Positions 56,720-64,000 of a stretch of DNA of 64,000 nt are shown piece after piece; positions within the stretch are counted from its first letter, which is position 1, and every line of letters starts with the position of its first letter. The translations under genes were made by a program, and so were the position numbers. This DNA is from Nitrososphaerota archaeon (lineage in GTDB: Archaea > Thermoproteota > Nitrososphaeria_A > Caldarchaeales > Calditenuaceae): positions 64,001 to 128,000 of the forward strand of contig JAVQSZ010000004.1 in assembly GCA_033581555.1 (NCBI GenBank), in the 5' to 3' direction. The notes beneath the pieces are model-generated. The model saw only the letters and a program-made list of their open reading frames with translations. It did no database searches and was not told where the DNA came from.

Positions 56720-57843
56720 AGCTCCACGACCTCCGACTCCCCGGTTAGGGCCATCGGTCTGGAGGGTGAGGCCCACTCTGCCTCCCTCCCGTGGATCACG
56801 GCTTCGATGAGGAGCTCGGCGACGCCCGCTGACCTCATCAGCCCGTAGCCGTCGAGGCCGTCGACGATGAAGCAGTTGCTGGTCCCCGGCACCCTGCCCA
56901 CCAGCGGCATCCCGTCGTGAGTCGAGCTGCACGGCCCCGCCCATCCGCCCTCGACGAGGATCGCCTCGGGGCGCCTCAGCCTCTCCGAGAGCAGGTCCAC
57001 GATGTGGTAGACGTACTCGGGCTCGGCAGGCCCTATCGCGCCCTCGGCCGTTTCGACCACCCTCGAGTATCCGTTCCCCGCCAGCGAGGTCCTGCCGACG
57101 TCATGCCGCATGTAGAGGTGGTTCTCGGAGACGTAGAAGGGAACGTAATCCCACGGCTCGAGGAACCTTAACTTCACCACTTGACACTTGTATATCACAG
57201 TGGGCACGTCGTAGATCCCGAGCTCCGACATCAACGGCTTGTTCCACGGCCCCGCCGCGAAGACCACGTTATCGGCCCTCAGGCTCCCCTTGCCGTCGAG
57301 CTGAACGCTCTCCACCGAGTCGCCCGAGAACCGAACGCCGGTTATCCTGTTCCTCAAGTAGACCTCCACGCCCAACAGGTCGAGGAGCCTCGAGTAGGCC
57401 CTCCCAAGCCCCTCCGGGTCGACGACCCTGTCGACTCCCGTGTAGACGCCGAGCTCGTGGTCCTTAGTCAGAAGCATCGGGATCCGCTCCCGCAGCTCGT
57501 CGTGGTCAAGGAGCGTGCAGTTCACGCCCTGTGAGGTAAGCATCCTCGCGGTCTCCTCCGCCATCCACTGAGGCTCGACGGTCACGAAGCCCGTCTCCTC
57601 CATGAACTTCACCTCCGAGAGCTTCTCTACTTCCTCGAGGACCTCTATCGTCCTCAGGGCCAGCCTCACGTCCTGTTCAAGGCTCAACTGGGCTGTCACT
57701 ATTCCGGCGCTGAACCCCGTGGCCCCGCTCAGCACGTTGTGCCGCTCGATCAGTGCCACGTTCATTCCCCTCTTCGCGGCAAGGTACGCGATGGCAAGTC
57801 CTACCGCTCCACCACCGATCACCACGATGTCGTGTGAGGTCAT
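56707..57843 (-). CDS. FAD-dependent amino-acid oxidoreductase (DadA/SoxB family)
   Basis: IGGGAVG, GATGFSAG, AAGPW, DGMPLVG. Confidence 0.85.
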   Translation of the reverse strand: MTSHDIVVIGGGAVGLAIAYLAAKRGMNVALIERHNVLSGATGFSAGIVTAQLSLEQDVRLALRTIEVLEEVEKLSEVKFMEETGFVTVEPQWMAEETARMLTSQGVNCTLLDHDELRERIPMLLTKDHELGVYTGVDRVVDPEGLGRAYSRLLDLLGVEVYLRNRITGVRFSGDSVESVQLDGKGSLRADNVVFAAGPWNKPLMSELGIYDVPTVIYKCQVVKLRFLEPWDYVPFYVSENHLYMRHDVGRTSLAGNGYSRVVETAEGAIGPAEPEYVYHIVDLLSERLRRPEAILVEGGWAGPCSSTHDGMPLVGRVPGTSNCFIVDGLDGYGLMRSAGVAELLIEAVIHGREAEWASPSRPMALTGESEVVELHSV

Positions 57844-57977
57844 GACCTTTCACCCGTTGTTTCGTTTCCTGCACCCAATATAACCGTAGGTTCTTTTATT
57901 TTCAGTAATACGGCGAACTGATATAATAAAAGGCCTGCTCTTAAAACATGTTGCATGAAATCACATGAATAATGAAC

Positions 57978-59342
57978 TTATATTGATTCGGATGATGGTA
58001 AGTAGCTATTAAGGATCCTCTGGAACTTTTTTACAACGTCGACAGCATTAAAACCGAATATAAGAGTCATAGGCTCTTTCCCGTAATCTCCGGTGTGGTA
58101 GATTAAGTCCGTCACTCTGCCAGAGGACTTTATGGCTTCGCCGACGCCCCACCTGATCGTCATCCCTTCGACCTGCTTTATGGACGGTGGCTCCTTGGAG
58201 CGGTCGTAGCTCGAGACCGAATACCCTAGGGACTTCGCGACCTCGATGAACCTCGCGTCGAACCTCACGTTCATCGCGGACCTTACCCTCCTGTCGAAGG
58301 AGTGTGCGACCAGGACAGCTGAGGCCACGTGCCTCGAGCCGCCAGGCGTGGGGCAAGTGCTGGCCCTGAGCTTGTCCCCGACCCTCACGATCCTCCCGGG
58401 ATATCCGACCACGTCCTCGGCGGTCTGTCCGTATTCTATCGTCTCGACCAGGTTGATCATGGACTCTGGGCACATACGACCCGCGCCCTCTATCGACTCG
58501 AGGAGCTCAGTCGCGGCCCTAACGCTCTCACAGGCTTCGAGCAGCCGGGCCTTGCGGACCGCAGCCCAGACCGGATTCACTGGACCCGAACCGCGACCTA
58601 GGTCCAGGCCGTAGCGTATCGCGTCTTCGACGAACCGCTTCGCCAGCTTCACCGACTCGACGACCTCCCTCCCATGTGCCAGATGCGCGGCTATCGCTGA
58701 GGCGAAGACGCATCCGGTGCCGTGCGTGTTCCTCGTCTCGATCCGGTCACCCTCGAGCTCGGCGATCTCGCCCTCGTAGTAGACGACGTCGACGACCTTC
58801 CGGCCAGGGACGTGTCCTCCCTTCACGACGACGGCCTTGGAACCGAGCTGAGCGATCTCCTTCGCGGCCTTGACCTGGTCCTCGACCGACTTGACCTCGA
58901 AGCCGCAGAGCCTCTCCGCCTCCCGAGCGTTGGGCGTGACGACAGTCGCGATCGGGAGGAGCTCGGACTTCAGAGTCTCGACGGCATCGGGCCTCAGCAA
59001 CGGCGCCCCGCTCTTAGCGACCATCACGGGGTCGACGACTATCGGGGCCCTGATCCTCCTGAGCTCCCCTGCGACCGCCCTGATTATCTCGCTTGTGTGG
59101 AGCATCCCGGTCTTAACGGAGTCGACCCCGATGTCCTCGACGCAGACCCTGATCTGCTCCACGACCATCTCCGGGTCCAGGTCGACTACCCTGGTCACCT
59201 CGTGCGTGTTCTGGGCCGTGATCGAGGTGATCGCGGACATGCCGTGGACGCCTAGCGCGGCGAACGTCTTCAGGTCTGCTTGTATCCCCGCGCCCCCTCC
59301 GGAGTCTGAGCCTGCGACCGTGAGGGCCCTCGGCAAGCGCAT
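57978..59342 (-). CDS. thiDN: Bifunctional HMP/HMP-P kinase and thiamine-phosphate synthase
   Basis: AGSDSGGGAGIQAD, THGTGC; ThiN GGSRHVA, YDRSKEP, GKEPM. Confidence 0.93.
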   Translation of the reverse strand: MRLPRALTVAGSDSGGGAGIQADLKTFAALGVHGMSAITSITAQNTHEVTRVVDLDPEMVVEQIRVCVEDIGVDSVKTGMLHTSEIIRAVAGELRRIRAPIVVDPVMVAKSGAPLLRPDAVETLKSELLPIATVVTPNAREAERLCGFEVKSVEDQVKAAKEIAQLGSKAVVVKGGHVPGRKVVDVVYYEGEIAELEGDRIETRNTHGTGCVFASAIAAHLAHGREVVESVKLAKRFVEDAIRYGLDLGRGSGPVNPVWAAVRKARLLEACESVRAATELLESIEGAGRMCPESMINLVETIEYGQTAEDVVGYPGRIVRVGDKLRASTCPTPGGSRHVASAVLVAHSFDRRVRSAMNVRFDARFIEVAKSLGYSVSSYDRSKEPPSIKQVEGMTIRWGVGEAIKSSGRVTDLIYHTGDYGKEPMTLIFGFNAVDVVKKFQRILNSYLPSSESI

Positions 59343-59439
59343 GGAGATCGACCTCGATGACGTCCGGAGTCGACCTCGCCCATAAGGGTGACCGGACCGG
59401 CTCGAGCCGTGTAGGGCGCGTCCGACCCGACCGGTCCGC

Positions 59440-60390
59440 TCACACCTCCCTAACCATCCTGTTCATCAGCAGTCCGATCCTCTCGATCTCGGCCTCGACG
59501 ACGTCTCCGTGCTTCAGGAACTCCCTTCCGGCCGCAGCAACACCAGCTGGAGTCCCGGTGGCCAAGATGTCGCCGGGCATGAGGGTCAGGCCGTCGGAGA
59601 GGTGCTCGATCAGCTCCCCGACCTTGAAGACCATGTCCTCGGTCGTTCCGTCCTGCCTTAGCTCCCCGTTCACCCTCAGGGTCAACCTCAGGGGATACGG
59701 GCTGCCGACCTCGTCCTTTGTGACCAAGTAAGGACCGCAGGGAGCCGCGGTGTCGAGGCTCTTCCCGTGAACCCAGTTGAACCCGAACCGATTCGTCCTC
59801 TGCGGCCAGCCCGGCGGGATCTGTTTGTCCCTGAAGCTGACGTCGTTGAAGACCGTGTACCCTGCTATGACCTCCTCCGCCTCCCTCCTCGAGACGTACT
59901 TCGCCCTCCTCCCTATCACCACCGCTAGCTCCACCTCGTAGTCGACCTTGGTTGAAGTCCGGGGAATCAGCACGTCTGACCCGTGGCCTACCAGCGCGTT
60001 GGCGAACTTCGCAAAGAAGTAGGGCCTCTCGGGAACCTCGACCGACATCTCCCTTCCGTGGGAGTGGTAGTTGACCGCGACGCAGACGATCTTCTGCGGG
60101 TCCGGGACCGGAGGTAGGAACTCGACATCGGCCGGATCCTTCAGGACCGCGGCCGCGGTCTGGGGCCCTTCGTCCAGGACCCTCTCCGCCCTCTCTCCCA
60201 GCCTCCTGACGAACTCCATCGCCTCCTCTCCCGCCGAGAGCAGGGCCCTCATCGACCTGAGCCATCGGGGGACCGACTCCTCACCGTAGACGAGCCTGTA
60301 CGCGGACCCGACGTCCACTATACCCCTCCTCAAGAGGAGCCCGAGCCTCGCGTCCTCATCGCCCTTCGCCCTGAACGATAGGAGCTTCAT
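59440..60390 (-). CDS. Fumarylacetoacetate hydrolase family protein
   Basis: DYEVELAVVIG, NDVSFRD, GKSLDT, ATGTPAG. Confidence 0.9.
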   Translation of the reverse strand: MKLLSFRAKGDEDARLGLLLRRGIVDVGSAYRLVYGEESVPRWLRSMRALLSAGEEAMEFVRRLGERAERVLDEGPQTAAAVLKDPADVEFLPPVPDPQKIVCVAVNYHSHGREMSVEVPERPYFFAKFANALVGHGSDVLIPRTSTKVDYEVELAVVIGRRAKYVSRREAEEVIAGYTVFNDVSFRDKQIPPGWPQRTNRFGFNWVHGKSLDTAAPCGPYLVTKDEVGSPYPLRLTLRVNGELRQDGTTEDMVFKVGELIEHLSDGLTLMPGDILATGTPAGVAAAGREFLKHGDVVEAEIERIGLLMNRMVREV

Positions 60391-60534
60391 GATCTGGACC
60401 TCGGACTCGGACGGCACTCTTGAGAGTAAAAGCTTGCGCGAGGCTGGGAGCAGATCGTCGGAAGCGAGGCCGGACAGCTCGCTCCCCCGGTGAGCTTTCG
60501 ATGCCCTAATCTCGAGCCGTGAGGGCGGAGGGGC

Positions 60535-61659
60535 GTGGGTCGCGTTGCGGTCGTCGGCGCCGGTCCAGCAGGCCTGACCGCCGCGAGGGAGTTAGCTGGG
60601 CTGGGGCACGAGGTTACGGTCTTCGAGGAGGACGAGGTAGTGGGGAGGCCGGAACACTGCGCGGGCCTCTACAGCATCAGCGGCCTAAGGAGGATGGGCG
60701 CGTGGAGTCCGAGGTACGTCTTGAACTACGTGAGGGGTGCGGTCTTCAGGTCGTCGAGGGGGAGGGAGCTGATCGTGAGGAGGCCGAGTCCGATCGCCGT
60801 TGTCGCGAGCAGGGAGGAGCTAGATCGACACTTGGCGGAGCTCGCTGCCTCGAGGGGGGCCGAGATAGGGCTGGGCGCGAGGGTGACCGGCCTGAGCCTG
60901 AAGGGCAGGCCCGAGCTGCGCGTCGGTGGCGACCAGAGGGAGTTCGACGCGGTGGTCGTCGCGGAGGGGATGAAGAGGTCGCTGGCGAGGGCGCTCTTCG
61001 GACGAATAACTGAGGCCCAGCCGATCCCGATCGTTCAGTCGCTGGTCAGAGGTCACGGACTAGAACCCGACGCGGTCCACGTCTGGTTCGAGCAGTACCT
61101 GAGGGACTACTTCGCCTACGCCGTCCCCATCGACGAGGAGCTGGCGAGGATAGGGCTCGCCTCGAGGAGCGGGCCGCTCGAGCTGTTGAGGAGGTTCGTG
61201 AAAGAGAAGTTCCCGGGGGCGAAGGTCCTGGGCTACCAGGTCCACTCGCTCTGGCTGGAGGGGCCCCTTGACGTCGGGCTCGAGGGTCGAGCGGTGTTGG
61301 TTGGGGACTGCGCCGGTCAGACCAAGCCGCTCACGGGCGGGGGCGTGGTCGTGGGCGGGCTCTGCGCGATCGCGGCCGCGAAACACGTCCACGCGCTCCT
61401 CGAGGACGGGAGGGACGGGACCTACAGGAGGTCGGTGAGGTGGATCTACCGGGACCTGAGGGCGACGAAGCTCCTCAGGGACCTGCTGACGCGGAGGGTG
61501 GGCGTCGACGAGCTGATAGAGGCCGCGGCCGACTCGGGAATTGAGAGGAGGATATCGAGCGTGGGAGACATGGACTTCCACGCTCTTACCGCGCTCAGGG
61601 CCCTACCCTCCCTGAGCGGAGCGAGGTTCCTGGCGAGGCTCCTCAGAGCTCTGTTCTAG
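60535..61659 (+). CDS. Geranylgeranyl reductase-family flavoprotein
   Basis: GAGPAG, PEHCAG, R..LD..LA, GDCAGQTKPLTGGG. Confidence 0.82.
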   Translation: MGRVAVVGAGPAGLTAARELAGLGHEVTVFEEDEVVGRPEHCAGLYSISGLRRMGAWSPRYVLNYVRGAVFRSSRGRELIVRRPSPIAVVASREELDRHLAELAASRGAEIGLGARVTGLSLKGRPELRVGGDQREFDAVVVAEGMKRSLARALFGRITEAQPIPIVQSLVRGHGLEPDAVHVWFEQYLRDYFAYAVPIDEELARIGLASRSGPLELLRRFVKEKFPGAKVLGYQVHSLWLEGPLDVGLEGRAVLVGDCAGQTKPLTGGGVVVGGLCAIAAAKHVHALLEDGRDGTYRRSVRWIYRDLRATKLLRDLLTRRVGVDELIEAAADSGIERRISSVGDMDFHALTALRALPSLSGARFLARLLRALF

Positions 61660-62819
61660 TGGCGCTCCTCGATCGGGACGTACTTCTGCCCGACGGGTGG
61701 ACCGACGTAATGGTGCAGCGGCCTGATCAGCCTGTTGTCCCTCCAGTACTCGAGGACGTGGGCTACCCAGCCGACCACCCTGCTGACCGCGAAGACCGCG
61801 GTGAAGTAGTTGGGAGGTATCCCGACCGCGGTGTAGACCATCGGGGTCCAGAAGTCGAGGTTCGGGAAGAGCCCCTTTGGCCCGAGCTTCGCGATCGCGG
61901 CCTCCTCGAGCCTCATTGCGATCTCGTAGAGGGTCCTTACCTTTCCTCCGACGATTTGGGCGGCCCTGGCGGCCATCGCCTTGACGACCTTCGCCCTCGG
62001 GTCGTAGATCTTGTAGACCCTGTGGCCGAATCCCATCACGCGCCTCTTCTCGGAGAGGGCCTTCTCGAGCCAGGCCTCAACTCTGTTCGGGTCGCCGATC
62101 TCCATGAACTGCTGGTACGCCGCCTCCGCCGCGCCTCCGTGCAGGGGCCCCTTGAGGGTCATGATGCCCGAGACGATTGAGGAGTAGACGTCGCTGAGGG
62201 TGGAGGCGGTGACGACGGCCCCGAAGGTAGAGGCGGGGACACCGTGCTCCGCGTGGAGGATGAGGATGTCGTCGAGGAACTCGAGCTGATAGGGCTCCGG
62301 CCTCTTGGACGTGACCAGGTGGATCAGGTTGCCGGCTATGCCCAGTGACGGGTCCGGCGGGATGGGCTCCTCGCCCCCTTGGACCCGAATCACGTTCCCG
62401 AGGACTGACCCGGCCTTCGCCAGCGCCCTCAACGCGTGGCGCATGTGGTCTCCGTCGCCCGTTGCGCGCTTCTCGGTCAAAATGTAGTACGCCGCAAGCG
62501 CGTCCATCCCTCCGACCCTCTTCGCCGCGAACTTCACGGTCTCGAGCTCGTCGCCGTCGAGGACCATCTCCTCCTTCAGCCTCGTCAGGAACTCCCCGAA
62601 CTCGGTCCTGTTGGGGAGCCGACCGTTCAGCAACAGGTACGAGACCTCCTCGTAACTGCTCTTCGCGACGAGCTCTTCGACGTCGTAACCGACGTAGTAG
62701 AGCTTGCCGTTCTCGGTGTCTATCAGGCAGAGCGAGCTCTCGAGCACGTGAACGCCCTCGAGACCCTTATAGACCTTGGGCGAAGCCTCCATGATCGACT
62801 TCTGTATGACGCTCGCCAT
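61656..62819 (-). CDS. Citrate / 2-methylcitrate synthase
   Basis: HAEH, GPLHGGA, GFGHRVYK, PNLDF; follows prpD. Confidence 0.9.
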   Translation of the reverse strand: MASVIQKSIMEASPKVYKGLEGVHVLESSLCLIDTENGKLYYVGYDVEELVAKSSYEEVSYLLLNGRLPNRTEFGEFLTRLKEEMVLDGDELETVKFAAKRVGGMDALAAYYILTEKRATGDGDHMRHALRALAKAGSVLGNVIRVQGGEEPIPPDPSLGIAGNLIHLVTSKRPEPYQLEFLDDILILHAEHGVPASTFGAVVTASTLSDVYSSIVSGIMTLKGPLHGGAAEAAYQQFMEIGDPNRVEAWLEKALSEKRRVMGFGHRVYKIYDPRAKVVKAMAARAAQIVGGKVRTLYEIAMRLEEAAIAKLGPKGLFPNLDFWTPMVYTAVGIPPNYFTAVFAVSRVVGWVAHVLEYWRDNRLIRPLHHYVGPPVGQKYVPIEERH

Positions 62820-62844
62820 TAATAGTCTTTACACCCAAAAGAGA

Positions 62845-64000
62845 TCAGGTTCGCCTTACGTAGAACTCGGTCAGCTCCGAGACCGAACGGAGGTCCTCGA
62901 CGTAGGTGGCAAGCCGGAGCAGCCGCTCGGAACGCGAGGGGCCGAGCACGGGCTCCGCGAGCCTTCTGAACTTCTCGGCCAGCTGGCCGTCGGACATCGG
63001 GTTCCTGAAGTGGCCGGTCGGGTAGATGACCTCCTTGGAGAGCGTCCGACCATCGGAGGTCCTCAAGGTCACCCTGTTCGGGACGGCGCCGGGGTAGATC
63101 TCGTCGTACCTCGGGTCGACCTCGACTCGCGTCCTGGAGATGACCTCGAGCAGTAGGGGGTCGTTGAGCTTTGCGTCGGTATAGGAGTCGATCCAGATGT
63201 CGCCGTCGATCAAGGTCCTCGCGGTGATGTAGGGGAGGCTGTGGTCGGCCGTCTCCCTGGTCCTCGGCCTCCACTTCTCGGGGTCCTTGACGATGATCTT
63301 GTGCGAGACCGTGAACGTGTGGATCTCCACTCCCGCTATCCTCCTCGGGTCCCCGACCTCCCTCCTCAGCTCGATCGCCGCCTCCACCGCCGACATCGAG
63401 TGATACTCTACCGGCCACCTCTTGATGCTGGTCATAAGGGTCCTGAAGGGCTGGCCGTCCCTGCCTCCTAAGGTTGGTAGCGAAGGAGCGGTCCCCGCTA
63501 TCACCCTCCAGTAACCCATCTCGCCCTCGAAGATCGGAGCAGGGCCCGTCATCCCCTCTGCTGCAAGCATCGCCGCGAAGACGCCGTGCCGGGCCGCGTA
63601 GGCCGCCGCGCAACCCTTCCACATGCTCAGCTCGCCCGCCCTGGTCTGTCTTAGAGCGGCTGCGTTGACGCCCGCGATGTTGATCGCTTGCGCGGTCCTC
63701 GCTTGGTCAAGCCCTAGGAGCTTCGCGGCCCCGGCGGCCGCGCCGAACGCGATGTTCGAGACGTGGTCGAAGCCCCTGTCCCTGAGGGTGGCCGTGTCGG
63801 CCAGCGCGAGGGCCACCTCGTAGCCCGCGACGATCGAGGTGACCAGCTCGCGGCCCGTCGCGCCTACGGACTCGGCCAGGCCGATCAGCCCGGGTATCAT
63901 GTCGCTCGGGTGGAGCGCCTCCTTCGAGAGGTAGGTGTCGTTGAAGTCGAGGTACCTCACCGCGACGCCGTTTGCGAACGCAGCCATGTCCGGAGATACC
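62845..64000 (-). CDS. prpD: 2-methylcitrate dehydratase (MmgE/PrpD), 5' end outside the window
   Basis: RYLDFNDT, HPSD, GELSMWK, ETADHS. Confidence 0.9.
   Translation of the reverse strand, partial: VSPDMAAFANGVAVRYLDFNDTYLSKEALHPSDMIPGLIGLAESVGATGRELVTSIVAGYEVALALADTATLRDRGFDHVSNIAFGAAAGAAKLLGLDQARTAQAINIAGVNAAALRQTRAGELSMWKGCAAAYAARHGVFAAMLAAEGMTGPAPIFEGEMGYWRVIAGTAPSLPTLGGRDGQPFRTLMTSIKRWPVEYHSMSAVEAAIELRREVGDPRRIAGVEIHTFTVSHKIIVKDPEKWRPRTRETADHSLPYITARTLIDGDIWIDSYTDAKLNDPLLLEVISRTRVEVDPRYDEIYPGAVPNRVTLRTSDGRTLSKEVIYPTGHFRNPMSDGQLAEKFRRLAEPVLGPSRSERLLRLATYVEDLRSVSELTEFYVRRT

Noticed and set aside
2960-63823. Numerous long antisense and alternate-frame ORFs (e.g. 33536-34573, 27888-28781, 24275-25093)
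   Set aside because: Shadow ORFs of GC-rich coding sequence, lacking motifs and overlapping well-supported genes.

Overview
GC-rich chromosomal segment of a probably thermophilic archaeon. TACK-type affiliation is inferred from SecE/Spt5, L30e/NusA, TFS, pelota, Tes, DGGGP synthase and intron-containing tRNAs; an Aigarchaeota/Caldarchaeales-like host is a guess. Most of it is housekeeping and metabolic: about 60 CDS, tRNA-Pro(UGG) with a non-canonical 33/34 intron, tRNA-Gln(UUG) with two introns, and an RNase P RNA. I saw no CRISPR array, rRNA or transposase. The most interesting region is an 8-gene minus-strand operon (4840-15643) converging on the tetraether synthase gene. It combines an alkyl-DHAP-synthase/FGGY-kinase/G3P-dehydrogenase module (candidate glycerol-ether cleavage or remodelling route) with adjacent genes for a GPI-ethanolamine-phosphate-transferase-like membrane protein and a multi-TM M28 protein missing one zinc ligand (GPAA1-like architecture). 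Other oddities: a methanogen-type SerRS, an exported coiled-coil protein with a cytoplasmic AbrB domain, a His-less metal-binding protein fused to its permease under a perfect 16-bp operator, two candidate small RNAs, and a decaying AT-rich islet. All protein assignments come from motif recognition by eye; no database searches were run.
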